The notes under the pieces: generated by a model | What the model saw: only the letters and a program-made list of their open reading frames with translations | Database searches by the model: none | Told to the model about the DNA's origin: nothing | Shown here: positions 25,601 to 38,877 of the stretch, in pieces | How positions within the stretch are numbered: the stretch's first letter is position 1 | How the letters are laid out: every line of letters starts with the position of its first letter | Translations under genes and position numbers: made by a program | Assembly (NCBI RefSeq): GCF_018977255.1 | Contig: NW_024704743.1 | Location: 114,826,001-114,890,000 of the forward strand | Direction: 5' to 3' | DNA: 64,000 nucleotides | Source of the DNA: Callorhinchus milii | Taxonomy: Eukaryota

Positions 25601-26354
25601 TTGACATAAGCAGGCTGCCCAGGCCTTAGAAGCAATGCAGAAAATACCCAGGTATTTGTGCAATTAGCTATGAGCAAAGATTAACAAGACTGGGCTCTTC
25701 AGTCTTGAAAGGAGACATCTCAGAGGGAACCTTATCGAGATATACAGCACTTTAAATGGGATTGAAAAAATAAACTGCAGAGCAATACAATACACTTACG
25801 CCACTCAGCTCCCAACCCCAGCTCAGCTGCAAACCCTGAACAACCCAGCATTTTAAGATGTCTTCCCAATATGAACAGTGCTATATAAATGTAAATGTGT
25901 TGATATGGTTGTTGTGTTAATCTGGGTAACGACACTAAGAGGACAGACAAAGCAATACTGTGTTACCTATTCCCCATTTTACGTTTTGCTTTTCCATCTT
26001 TGCTTTCCAAAATTCCTGGTCACTGAGGAAAATAGGAATCTATATACATATATAAATTATACACGTAGTAAATACACACAGTACGTAGTGACTGTTGTAA
26101 CTGGTGTTTTAACAAAGATGATCAGTCATTGTGACACATTCAGTGTCATTTCCAAAAGCATTGCGTTGTCTGCCTTTTGATACTCGAAAAGGTTTCGGTG
26201 GATCTAGACTTGGTGAATGCGCAACTACTGACTCCTACAATACATGATTCATAAACTAGATTACCAAATTAATAATAATTATATTCCTTGCATTTGATAT
26301 AGTGCTTTTCGTCTCAAAGCGCTTCACAGAACAGACTGTAAAATGAATTGACTG

Positions 26355-26679
26355 AATAATAATAATAATAATCCTTGCATTTGATATAGCGCTTTTCACG
26401 TCGGGAGGACATTCCAAAGCGCTTCGCAGAACACACTGTAAAGTGAATTGACTGTATATTTGTGGGCGAACGCGGCAGCCAATTGCGCACAGCAATGTCC
26501 CACAAACAGTGGTAGATTGAAAATGACCAATTTATTATTGTTTTTGGTTTTGGAGGGATTATTATTAGGCTCTGTGTGGAGTAAGGAAACTTGCCCAAGG
26601 TTTCGCCCTCTGCCTGGAATTGAACTCGGGTCTCTCACTTGCAAAGCGAGTGCTGTAACCACTGAGCTACAGGACTCCA
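26355..26679 (-). mobile_element. Full-length young tRNA-Ala SINE nested in an older copy (26270-26354 plus 26681-26700)
   Basis: Reverse complement of the 5289 element; flanks rejoin as cccacaaacatac|cagtcaattca, the family consensus. Confidence 0.9.
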
Positions 26680-27036
26680 CGTATGTTTGTGGGCAAAATG
26701 AAATTACGTTTGTATCACGCCTTTCACGCCGGGAGGACCTCCCAAAGCGCTGTGAAGCGCTCTGAGACGATACCCTGCATGGAGCACAGTACATAAGTGC
26801 AAAGTTGTTGTCGTATTCGGGATGTATCATTTATTTTCATACTTTGTATTTATTTAAAAATAAGATAGGTTGGTTCCTGAGCTGACAATACTTATTTTTT
26901 GCACTAAACGACTCTTAACCTCCCACAAAAGTTTCGCCCGCAAAATATAGTCAATTAACTTCACTGTACATTCTGTGAAAACACTTTTGAGATGTGACGA
27001 AGCGCTATATCAAACGCAAGGATTATTATAATTAAA

Positions 27037-27608
27037 CTCCCCATTCCACCCACTCTCCCTTTCCTTTCCCCCCTCCTTCCCTTTCCCCACTCTCTCTTCT
27101 TCCCCTCCACCCCTCCTCCTTCGCCTCCCCCCTCCTCCTTCCCTTTCCCTTCTCCTTCCCTTTCCCCCTCCTTCCCCTCTCCCCCCTCCTTCTTTCCTCC
27201 CTCTCCCTTCTTCCCCTCTCCCTCCTCCTTTCCCTTTCCCCCCCCTCCTTTCCCCTCTCCCTTCTTCCCCCTCCTTCCCTTTCCCCCTCTCCCTCCTTCC
27301 TTCCCCCCCTCTCCCTCCTTCCCTTCCCCCCCCCTCCCCCCTTCCCTTCCCCCCCCTCTCCCTCCCTTCCCTTTCCTTCCTTCCCCCCCCCCTCCCCCTT
27401 TCCTTCCCCCCCCCCTCCTTTCCTCCCCCCCTCCCCCTCCCTCCTTTCCTTCCTTCCCCCCCCTCCCTCCTTTCCTTCCCCCCCTCCCTCCTTTCCTTCC
27501 CCCCCTCCCTCCTTTCCTTCCCCCCCCCCTCCCTCCCCCTCTCCCTCCTTTCCTTCCCCCCTCTCCCCCTCCCCCTCCTTTCCTTTCCCCCTCCTTCCCC
27601 CCCCCCTC
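27037..27608. repeat. Long polypyrimidine (C/T) low-complexity tract
   Basis: 27124-27608 reads as C and T only; recurring cctcctttccttcccccc units. Confidence 0.95.
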
Positions 27609-28138
27609 AGGACCAGTGTGTGTGTGTGTGAGCAGCAGCCGGAGGACGGGCTCTGACGCCCCTCGGTCCCTGTTTGCTGCAGCGCGCGGGGGCAGGGGCG
27701 TGACGCACTGACGCACGCACGTCAACGGCGCACCGTCGCCGGCGTGACGCTGCCTCCTTCCAACATGGCGCCGGAGGGTCGCTAACGGAGGAGCTCGGCG
27801 CTCGGCGTCTCTCCGCAGCCCACCCCCCGCAGTGAGGCCGCCCGGGACACTGCCCTCCCCTCCCTCCCTCCCTCCCCTCCCTGATTACCTGCCGCCGTCG
27901 CTGTGTGTCGAGTGTGTTTCTTTTAATATATATAAATATAGATATTTCTCCTTCCCTCCCCCCACCCCTCCCCCTCTATTTAGAGAATAAATAATAGGAG
28001 GAAAGAAAATTTTAATCGTCGGAAATCTCGCCCGAGTGCGTGGAGAAGGGGGGGAAGAGGGGAGAGAGGGGACAGAGAGAGGTAAAGAAATAACAACCAC
28101 AACCCCCCCCCCCCGTCCGTCCGTCCCTCCCTCCCTGA

Positions 28139-28336
<198 letters not shown>

Positions 28337-28443
28337 TAAACCGGTTTATGATCTGTCCACAAGCTCTTAAATGTGTATCCTCGGTCTCTTTTATCCGTCT
28401 CAAAGACAAAAGGGGGGGTTCCGATCAGCCGCATAGCTCTCTT

Positions 28444-28463
28444 GTGTGTGTGTGTGTGTGTGT
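28444..28463. repeat. (GT)n microsatellite
   Basis: Direct reading. Confidence 0.9.
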
Positions 28464-28539
28464 AAATGTGTTATGAAATAAGCTTCAAACACTTGGCAAC
28501 TGATTTCACTCTTGTCGTGTATCGGGAAAGAAAAGACGC

Positions 28540-28660
28540 AGGGAGGGAGGGAGGGGGAGGGAGGGGGAGAGAGGGAGGGAGGGAGGGGGAGAGAGAGGGA
28601 GGGAGGGAGGGGGAGAGAGAGGGAGGGAGGGGGGGAGAGGGAGGGAGGGAGGGGGGGGAG
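28540..28660. repeat. Polypurine (GGGA)n-type tract in ARFGEF1 intron 1
   Basis: About 120 nt of G and A only. Confidence 0.92.
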
Positions 28661-28747
28661 CTGTGGCTGTGAAATACAGCGACCCAGGCCCCAAAGCGCT
28701 CATACGTGGTGCCTCCCCACAAGAAATGACTTGCGTTGGGGTTGAAC

Positions 28748-28778
28748 GTTGTTGTTGTTGTTGTTGTTGGTGGTGGTG
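28748..28778. repeat. (GTT)n(GGT)n microsatellite
   Basis: Direct reading. Confidence 0.9.
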
Positions 28779-31700
28779 GGGTCTGGGAAAGCCCGACTTG
28801 CTGCGTTTGCGGCCATTCGGGCATTTCGGTGAACGTCTCTTGCGAGGGCAGGAGCCGCGCTGAATGGAAGGGACAGGATGTTAAAACGCGAGCCGGGCCC
28901 CCCCCTCCCCCCCCTCTCCTCCCCTGGCCCGGCCCGGGTGCCACACTGCGGGGAATGCCCAGGAGCGTGACCGAGAGGGACGCCGCGGGCTCCCGGGCTT
29001 TACCGGGACAGAATCCGTCGGGGTTGTAATCGAAAACAAAAGGCATTCGCTGTCAGAGTGTGTGAAGCGGTTCCTGTCCAAACTGCTCTGGGAGGTTAGG
29101 CCTCGGTCCAGGTGACAGCAGGAAGAGAAAAGGTCGAATATTGCAGTCTTACCCCACATACCAACACCGCACTGAATTGTGCTTATGATTAGAAATTTAG
29201 CGACGAGTTACCCTCTATAGTATGTTTGCACACCGTTGTGATCAATACTGTATACGCTGGTGGTTTGAAACGAATGCAGAAACTGGATCCAGACGAGATG
29301 AATAATAAACGAGGAAGAGGCGGTCTGAAAAAAAATGTTAGTTAAGGTAACACAGACCCTGGGTGAGGTTTTGAGTTACCAGTATAGGGGAAAAAAATAA
29401 AAGTACAAGTAATTTTTCGTTAACAAAGCGGACTGGAACTGTGCCCCAAATCAATTGAATTCATAAACATAGATTTGTGTTAATGAAATGTTAATAATGT
29501 AATAATTCTTGCATTTGATACAGCGCTTTTCACGTCTTCTCGCAGTCTCAAAGCGCTTCGCAGAATAGACTGTAAAGTGAATTGACCGTATATTTGTGGA
29601 CAGAAAATGCATGGAGGTACAGGTGTACAAGAAAATTGAACATTCAAAGTGGACATTTTCTAGATATAAAAAGTGTTTGTTTCATTAACTATACAAGTAA
29701 TTAGCATAAAACAGAATGAGGTAAGGATCAGTCAAGGAAGCCCAAATCAGTTTTCATATCATAGGTATAAGGGAAGCGTGTTGGATATATTATGATGCCC
29801 TTTTAGTTTCAAGTAGATACCAATTCATCATAAATCTAAATATATTACTGGCAAAGATCTCCGATTTATACAACAAGAGATGAGAATAAATTTAATTTTT
29901 TTTAGATGCTGTGTATTCAGAATGTGTGTGTGTTAACTAATAGATTTATTATCTCATCAGTGAGGGGATTAGTATGTTACTGTAAGCTCGTCCTGGGTTT
30001 AAATCAGTCCAGAATCTTGTTTGACTTCATTGAATATGTAGCAGTCATATCAAACGTATACATTGCTGTACAGTAAACAATGAGGACTAGAATAGGTGTT
30101 GGTCAGTGAAGCATATGATTACTATATGAAATAAGATCTTACATACTTGTCTAGGAAATTCTTAAGAGATTGTTGCTGTGTATCCATTCACCTGGCAGGG
30201 TATTTCATTTTGCCAACTCTTTATGCAGTTTGATATTGGATATCACATTAAAATTTAGATTAGCATCGTGTGGTAATTTATGGTGAAACGGTGCAGATTT
30301 GGGATTCTGTACTGAAGAGGTCACAAAAGGTTGAGGATTGAGGGAGGGGATTAGGTATGTATTTGTGTTAACTATTCAATCTCATACCCTTGAGAATAGA
30401 CCTTGGTGTAATTAGGAATTGCAGTAGGTTGATGGTCCCTTACTGAGAAGACAGTCATTTAAAACAATGATGATTTATTTTTTAAATGTTTTAACTAAAT
30501 TGCGTTCATAGAGTAAAAAGCGACCAGTGCTGCCTGGTCTTGTTGTGATGATCAAAAAGATGGGTTGGGTGTTGAAGAACTAAAATCAATTGCACAAATA
30601 ATATTGGCCAAGTCTGCTCTGTGGAAACCTTAGATGTTATTTAGCTGAATTAATTATTCATTGACGCAACCTTTCTGACCAACCCTAGAACATTCTAAAA
30701 CATAGCTTTGTTTATGCCTATTGTTTATGCCTATATATGCCTATATTTTAGATTTTGCAAAACGGAATGAAAAATGTTTTTTATTTTATTGTAATTATGA
30801 CTAGGGCCACATACAGACGGGAACAGGAAATGCTTGAATTACTGTATATGTAAGAATAATAACAGTATCTTGACAACAATGATCGATTTAATGTCAATGA
30901 ATCAGGGCTAGCGGTTATGGGCTTCATCAAGTTGCATGGTTATGTACAATATAAAATCTATTGGAATTTACAACAGCAAATAATTCAAACTAAAATCAAA
31001 TGGAGGTTTTTAAAATGTAAATTGCAGAACGTAACCTTTTAAAAGTCTAACATTTTAAACGTATGATTTAAATGTTCTACTTGCAAATTACAATGCATAC
31101 TTTTTACTGTATTTGGTGCGTTTGTAGGCATGCATTTAGCCCTTGTATGTTTCCCTTGTTTCTATTTCCATTGTGTAATGTGAACACACTACATGACTGC
31201 TATTACGGGTTCAGTAATACTGTAAATTCTACTGCTGGTGAATATGAAACTGAAGGGCTAGGTCTGGCCATAGCTAGTTAGACCATTTTCAGTTACATGT
31301 ACTATTTCTTGCATATGAGCTTATTTTATTAATTTGATTGATATGGCTTTGGAGGAAAGGGTGTTGGTCGCGTAGGGTTTGGTTTACAGAGGAGATTTCA
31401 TATGTATTGCCAGTGCTGAGTAGGTGAATGTGTGTTGTCATGAATCTGATGGTATACGAAGATGCTGGAGGCAGCGATCTGTCTTCCTCTATTCTGCAGC
31501 AGATTGTCTTGTCAGATCCATTAAAGATGCAATAGCAGCTCCCTTTCTTCCATCTCGGACCATATTTCGCCTGTCGCATTTTGATGGTATTCTCTGCAGA
31601 CACAGCCCAGTTTGAAGGTTGGGTGTCCCCATCTCCTTCCCCTCCTAAGTAATATTTACTTAATGACTTGAGAATATTATACACTTTACAAAATTGTATC

Positions 31701-32694
31701 AAATCACAGACAAATATTTGCAAGAACATTGCATTTTTCAAGTAATCAGTAGGGAAATTGGATGTTAAAAGTGAACAGTAGCACTTAATGAATTCAAGCT
31801 TTTACTTCCGGGTGGAGAGCAGCATTAGTGCAAAAAAAACATTTTGTTTTCTCCCTGTATGTGATGGTTTCCTTTTGTGCACTATGTAATAATCCAAATC
31901 TTTAGGTTTTGCAGATTTATGCTAATTGAATAAAAAGAACTAAAGGGTAAAGCTCATACAATATTTATTTCAAATTATGTTGTGAGTGTAGAGAAGGATT
32001 CATTATTTTTAATCTGCATGAGCAACGGGAAGACAAAGGGAGGGAGGGATCTGCCTATTAATCGTCACTTACCGTGGACTTTACTACATTCCATGTTAAA
32101 TACCAATAGGATCTTTTACGGATTTTACATTTGCTATTAAGGTTCACAAATGTATACAATAGCAGCTAAATGGGCAAGGTATCAAGGTGCACCCATGAAA
32201 TTGTACTAAGGAGAAAGGAGTCAGACTAAAGGAGAGAGTGGAGTAAAGTGACTGGGATAGAAACTAAGCATTGAATTAGATGTTATCATTTTGGATTCTT
32301 ATGTATTATGCAGCAGATGATCTATTTGCATGCTCTCTTTCCCACCCCTAAAGATATTAATTCATCCCTATAAATACTAGTGCATTAATACATAAATAAT
32401 CTGATCTGTTGGGGGCATGTTCATTTACTGTGATAGATTAATGTGATTATAATGCTGTTTTTCACATTACCACTGTATTAAACAAATACTGTGGTAAAAA
32501 GGGAATGTGATTAACTATTAATCTACCAATGATTAAAACCTTTGACTTATGGAGTTATATTCACTTCTATCAATTTTCCTTCATATCTGTAAAATAATAC
32601 ATTTACAAAAATGCATTGTTAAAATAAGTATTTTTAAGTTCATTTAAAAAATGATGATGGTGAAAATATTCTGTCACTTTTAGCTAGTAGGCTC

Positions 32695-32893
32695 AGAATT
32701 GTTGGGATGTGGAATACTCTGCCAAATAAGGTGGTAAAGGCAGAATCCATTGTGGGATTCAAGAGGAAAATAGGTGGGTATGACAGGCTTGAAAGAATAT
32801 GGGGATAAGGCAGGATGGGTTGGAATGCTGAGAACCTTTCAGGACACGATGGGCCAAATGATCTCCTTGTGTGCTGCAAATTGCAATGATTCT
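32695..32893 (+). mobile_element. CR1 3' end, diverged
   Basis: tgtggaatactctgcc...gtggtaaaggcaga...cacgatgggccaaatg. Confidence 0.7.
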
Positions 32894-33834
32894 AAAGAAA
32901 TGAAGAGAGAAAATATAGTGGTACAGCCAACTATTTTACATGTCTCAGAATGAATGGTTTGATACAGCCAATGAAATTCTTTTAGTATGCAAGGTACAAA
33001 AAATCTACATTTATTCATGCAGTTTCTTTTAGCTGATATTAACCGTTTTGACTATTTCATTTCCCTGAGGTTTTCAAAATGCATCCATGCTATATCTGAC
33101 CAGTACAGCTCTTTCAGTACTGAGTGTTTTGGGCAAGTACAGTTACATTCAGAAAGACCAGGAGTATGAAGTGCAGTTAAACAATCAGTGAGAATGAGAA
33201 CATTTTTTATTATTTTCAGAATAAAGTTTTATTTGAAGTTTAACTAGAAACAATAATTGCATAGTCATTTTAAAAATGCAGTTGAAGTTGAGCAGTGTGT
33301 TGAAGTACACACCAACGAAAGGAAAATTGGATGGAGGAGTTCCTGAGCTACTGTTCAATGTGCTTTTCTGGCCATCTCAGAGTGGCACTGATGATACCTC
33401 AAGTATATTATTTGTTTTAAGTTTCAAGGTACATGGGAGGGAGGGACAAGAAGAAATTCCTCACAGTAAAATAAATCAGTTATTTTGTGATGTTGTCTGT
33501 CAGCCACCAACAAAAGTGTGAGATTAATATAGTTTGAAAACCATGTGAAATGGAGAAGCAAAGTATAGCCAGAAAAAAATATAATGCATTGCTGGTGAAG
33601 CTTGGTTTCAAAATGTTAACATGTCTTATTGAATAATTTTGGTGCGGCAGTGAATAGTGGTATAAATGCATTTGATGTGTTGGCTGCTGGTTCATGCCTG
33701 AAAAGCAGAAGAACTTGTTAACCTTGAAATAAATAACTGTATTTGAGCATTGATGAGCTATAATATGCAGACCAACATCAGGTGTACAAAGATTGACTAA
33801 GGTGGATAGAAATTAAGGTTTAGTAAAGTCTTGT

Positions 33835-34070
33835 TTTGCCTTTCTGCCTCCACCCTTTGGAACTCCATCTCACAGTCCCTTCACTTTGCCCCTCCCTTGC
33901 CTCCTTCAAGGCCCGTCTCAGGACCCTCCTCCTTGACCGCACCTTTGGTCACTCTTCTACCGCTACCACACCTGCCCTTCACCCCTCCTGATCCCAACCC
34001 CTAGCTAGGGTCCAAATCCTTGACTCCTCCAGTGCCTTGGGACATCCTTTCTGACTTGAAAGGCGCTATA
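33835..34070 (+). mobile_element. L2 3' UTR fragment directly upstream of a SINE
   Basis: ggaactccatc...ccttgcctccttcaaggcccgtctca...gccttgggacatcc...gaaaggcgctata. Confidence 0.82.
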
Positions 34071-34087
34071 GAAGTGGTGTTGTACAA

Positions 34088-34400
34088 GTGGAGTCCTGTA
34101 GCTCAGTGGTTAGAGCACTCGCCTTGCAAGTGAGAGACCTGGGTTCGATTCCCAGTGAGGCGAAACAAAACCTTGGGTAAGTTTCCTTACTCCACACTCC
34201 TGATAATAGTCCCTCAAGAAAAAAAACAATAATACAATTGGTCACTTCCATCCACGACTGTTTGTGGGACACAGCTGTGTGCAATTGGCTGCTGCCCACA
34301 AAACACAGTCAATTCACATTACAGTCTATTCTGTGAAGTGTTTGAGACGTCTAGAAGATGTGAAAAGTGCTATATCAAATGCAAGGATTATTATTATTGT
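34088..34400 (+). mobile_element. Full-length tRNA-Ala SINE
   Basis: gtggagtcctgtagctcagtggttagagcactcgcc head to (ATT)n tail. Confidence 0.9.
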
Positions 34401-34564
34401 TGTTCAGGTTGCCAATATTGAATTTCATCCCACACATACTTTTATCCCTGCATTGTGACTGCTGGTTGCTATGATGGCGCACCATTGTGCTGCTTCTCAT
34501 TGGGTTGTAGTTATTACACAAGCCAAATCAGAAATTTTATTAAGGATCCTGAGCCAGGCAGATC

Positions 34565-34830
34565 TGCAGTACTCCCAAGTGCAGACAGCCCAAACAGCCT
34601 GGTCGGCAGGACTTGGCAGACTTCATTGGGGGTAGGGATTCTTCCCACTCAGCTCCTGTTAACCCTGCAAGCCAAAATTCTAATTATTGGAGTGGTTCTA
34701 GCTGGATCAGCAGTGGAAAGCGTGCCAGATCTTTCTGTCAATGGCACACTTTGTGGCTTTAGCTGATTAAACTCCAGCAGTACCTCACTGCATATTCTCG
34801 GGACCCTGAGTCATGGCTCTTGCCAATCTC
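34565..34830. repeat. Unclassified interspersed repeat, inverted relative to 16890-17150
   Basis: Reverse complement aligns colinearly over about 260 bp. Confidence 0.8.
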
Positions 34831-34921
34831 TCTGAGTAGGTAAGCCGGGTGTATCTCTCCACAAGGGGGTGAGTATTCTGTTCCAGACACAATAATTTCC
34901 ATGCGTAGGTGGCATACATAC

Positions 34922-35190
34922 ATTAAACCAAGGACCCATCTGCCTGTTCAAAGATAAAGGTCCTATGGAACTATTCGACAAGAGAAGGGAGTTTCTTCCA
35001 GTGTCCTGGCCAACAATTCCCCAAATAAAATTGGTCATTCATGTCATGACTGTTGTGGGACATTGCTGTGTGCAATTGGGATTCTGCATTTACCTACAAA
35101 TTCAGTAACTTTACAGTAAATCCTGTGAAGTGCTTTGAGACATCTTCCAATGTGATAAGACACTACACTGCAAGGATTATACTATAATAC
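34922..35190 (+). mobile_element. SacSINE1-like DeuSINE, 3' half
   Basis: attaaaccaaggacccatctgcctgttc...gggagtttc...gactgttgtgggacattgctgtg...tail. Confidence 0.75.
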
Positions 35191-37049
35191 ATGTATGGAA
35201 CTCTGGTTGGTTTGGATATTCTTAAGCATGGTGAAAGTTTCTGCATGTGTTAGACACCTGACTGACCAAAACCTAATTTCTTTAGAAAAATGGAGAGATC
35301 AATAACAAGTAGTAAATTATTGCTTGTGTGAACCTTGTTTTGGGTTTTTAAAAAAAGGTTTTGTCTTGTTACAGGTTGAATTGTTTTGAGCTCTGGAGTA
35401 CAGTATAGTCCTATGTATGAATAAAATAGTGCCAGTGTTTCAATCTAGAATACTGAGAATTGTGCTGAAATAATTGTCCTTTGTATGGAGAAACATTGTC
35501 CGATGTCAGCATATACTCTGTATTGTATGTACAGCATAACCATTAAATAGATCAAATGCATGGATTATTTATTTAAACATTACTTTGGATTGAAATGGGG
35601 ATGTGTTTCATTAATTGTATTGAATTGTGCATGGTCGTAAGTGCTTTGGTAATTGTTTATAAATTGCTCTTCAATAAATTAAAAAGTATATCCTGTGACA
35701 CATGCACTAAAAGCAGTAGTCACTTTAGAGAGTGGAATTTCAAGATTAGTATTGATGGGTAGGTCATTAATTTTCAACAACAACAATTTATATCTGTATT
35801 GTGCCTTTAATGTCAGGCGGACGTCCTAAGGTGCTCGACAATCAAGGATTTGCACTCAAGCTGGGAGTTGCAATCAGGAGGGGTGGAGAACGGGGAGGGT
35901 TCAAATCGTAGGATTGACTTCCATTCCTCTGACATTACAGTTGTTTTCACAAAGACAAAGATTCCTTTCGAGTAATCCTTAAATCATAATACCAATTGAT
36001 GTATGAAGTAGGTTATTTCCATATCAGATTTTCGAAATCTATATTACTGCAATATTAATCATGTGCAATATGAGGGAATTTTATCTTTGTGGTTAGGATA
36101 TCTAGCAAAGCAAAGAGTTATATGAATTACCTTGATTTCATCATAAGATAATGTTTATATATTTAAAAGGGTATTTAAAGCAGGATTGCATTCCGTATTC
36201 AGTTGATGACAACTACAAGAAATATTCACCTGAACTCCCACTGCCTTGAAACATATTTGAACCTATCTATTTGTAAGCAATAGGGTCTATCTATCCTTCG
36301 ACAATTTTGTATTCTTGTATGGTTTCAACATGTTAGACTATCTTTTTCTGCATAGTAGTTAAGCCAAGTGGGCAACATTTATTGTGATAGCCATAGATAG
36401 CTTTCAAATGAGAAATAATAAAATACTGTTTAATATTGCAACTGAAGATTAGCTTAAGAAAAATTAAACTTAACAAAATTTAAATGTTGCTTATAGTAAA
36501 TTAGATCCTCAATTTCATCTGTTTTTCTATGGGAAAGTACTAAAATTTGTCAGACTTTCCCAAATTTCTGTAGTTTTACCTAATCCAGGTCACTGATGCA
36601 CAAATGGTTTTGTGCTATTTTGGTATAGGCTATTTGAAAAGGAATTCCCTCCATGTAATCAAACAGCTGACAAAGGATATCACAAATAAACACTGTTTGA
36701 TCAAGAGCACTATATGTACTAGATCCAGCCAATTTTAAAAAAAATGCTGCAGGAATATGATAGCTCGGAATGTGTGATTTATGGTATTTACAATATTTAT
36801 TATGAAATTTCATTATTTTGAGAAGTCCTTTGTTGCACCAAACTGTGTTCCTTTGGCTTTATTAGTTACTTCCTTGCTTTTGTTACTTCCCACAAATTTC
36901 TGGAAATGAAAAGAAAAACTACAAATGCTGATTCTCCTGAGTAATACGCACTAAATGTAAATGTGCCCTTTATGGATTGTGCGAGTGACCCAGTCCTTTG
37001 AATCCCCATCCTCCCCCACCCTGTTGTTTGGGATATGCAGCCATCAAGC

Positions 37050-37606
37050 TGCTGAATAACCATTCTCACAACCTTCAATTCCCTGGCTCCCCTGAAATCC
37101 AGGGTCGTCTCCAAACCCACCTGCTCCCCTTGGTACAACAGTTATCTCCGCTCACTCAAAACACAAACCCGGATGCTTGAGCTTAGATGGCAGAAATCCA
37201 GCCTCACGATTCACCGCCAGGTGTGGCTCGAGCACCTCCGCACCTACCTCCTCTCCCTTTCACAGGCTAAAACTGACTTTTACTCCAAAGGCATCCTGGA
37301 GACAAACAACAATCCAAAGACGCTGTTTTCCACCATCCATCACCTCCTCCGTGCACCCCCTCAAGCCCCCTGTATCCTTATACGTCAAACTCCAAGTGTG
37401 AAGAGCTCCTAGACCACTTCGCCTTAAAGATTGAAAACATCCACATGGCTGCATCAGGGCCTAGATGAGTGCAAACTTCCTGCAACTGAATGTGGACAAG
37501 ACGGACATCCCCCCCCCAAGCTGGGCTCGGAGTCAGGCTCCATCACTGTTAAGCGCTCTGAGGCGCTACCCTGCGTGGAGGGCGCTATATAAGTGCAAAT
37601 TGTTGT
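37050..37606 (+). mobile_element. Internally deleted L2 LINE remnant
   Basis: PWY...LELRWQKSSLTIHRQVW...AKTDFYS...NPKTLFSTIHHLL, then MSANFLQLNVDKT, then a 3' tail. Confidence 0.85.
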
Positions 37607-38514
37607 ATATGGAAGGAAAACAACATTTAAATGGGAGGGAACATTGTGTATAACCCTTTCTGTTTATGGAAGTGTTCAGTTGGTATTACTGATGAGAATT
37701 TGTTGTCACTTACTGATAGTACATCAATGTGTTTAAGAGCAAACTTGATGCAAAAATGAGGGAGAAGGGAATAGGGTTTTGTGATCTCACTTCACTGTTT
37801 TTCCCTCCCAAAATCCCACAATTTTAAGCTTGTGTCCTCTTGTTTTGAATCATTTTACTAGAGTGAATCATCATCTAGCTTATCAGTTCACTTTATTTTG
37901 GAAACACCTCAATCAGATCGCCCCTTAACTGCTTCAGATTCAGGGACACAATCATCACAGCTCCGTTCCAAGTATTAATCCAGTGAATTGTCACTGGATG
38001 CCCTCAAATATATTTGGATATGCTTATTAAGGTTGGGTATTCAAAATGTAACTTCAAATGATGCCTGACCAGTACTCTATATAACTGTACTGTTTCTCCC
38101 GTGTTTTTATATTCTAGTCCCCTCATTAAAAAAGCATTATGTAGCAGGTTTTCAAATGTCTTTTAAAAATCCATAGAAATTACATCCATTGATTCTCCTT
38201 TATCATCTCAGTTGTACTGTCAAATAACACTATTAGGTTAGTCAAACATGATCTACCTTTCATAAAACCACCCTGACTCCCTGATTTGTTGATATTTATG
38301 TAAATGACCTATTGCTCTGCTATATATTCTATTTTCCCACAACTGATGCTACTCAAACATTTACTCCCTCCCTCCTTAAATAATGCTGTTGCTTTTGCTA
38401 CCTCCAATTTCTCAAATCCAGAGATTTTTGGAATATAAAAACTAATGAATCTACGGTTTCTCAATATATCTTGGAAAACGCTGGAGTTGAAAACCACCTG
38501 ATGTTTCTGCTTGG

Positions 38515-38755
38515 GGAGCCCTGCATTGTCAGAGGTGCCATCTTTTGGATGAGATATTAAGCCGAGGTCCACCTGTTCAGCTTGATGTTAAAAATCTCAC
38601 TGCCCAATTCGAAGAAACAAAGGAGTTTCCTGGGCAAAGATTCCCCCAGATTTTATTCATTCACTTCATGGCCATTCTGAAACATTGCTGTGCATAAATT
38701 AGCTGCTGTGTCTCCTACACAGTACTTTGAGACATTTCAACTACACGATAAAGTA
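38515..38755 (+). mobile_element. SacSINE1-like fragment
   Basis: ctgcattgtcagaggtgccatcttttggatgagatattaagccgaggtcc. Confidence 0.75.
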
Positions 38756-38877
38756 TTTTTTTGAAAACTCACTTCAGTACTTGAGCTCATTAATGTCAGA
38801 GATGCTGTTCATTGGATAAGGCATTCAGCTAAGGTCTGCCTACTTAGATCTGAAAATGTTTCTCCCCTTTTGTTTAA

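Noticed and set aside
26256..26830. Recurrent ORFs such as MGKFPYST.., LFVGHCCAQLAAAF and [12 protein letters not shown] at many positions
   Set aside because: Translations of the same SINE family, not a paralogous protein family
26961..27725. 254-aa Gly/Glu/Arg/Lys-rich minus-strand ORF, the longest in the track
   Set aside because: A pure purine strand cannot contain stop codons; the ORF is a by-product of the low-complexity tract and ends in a SINE tail
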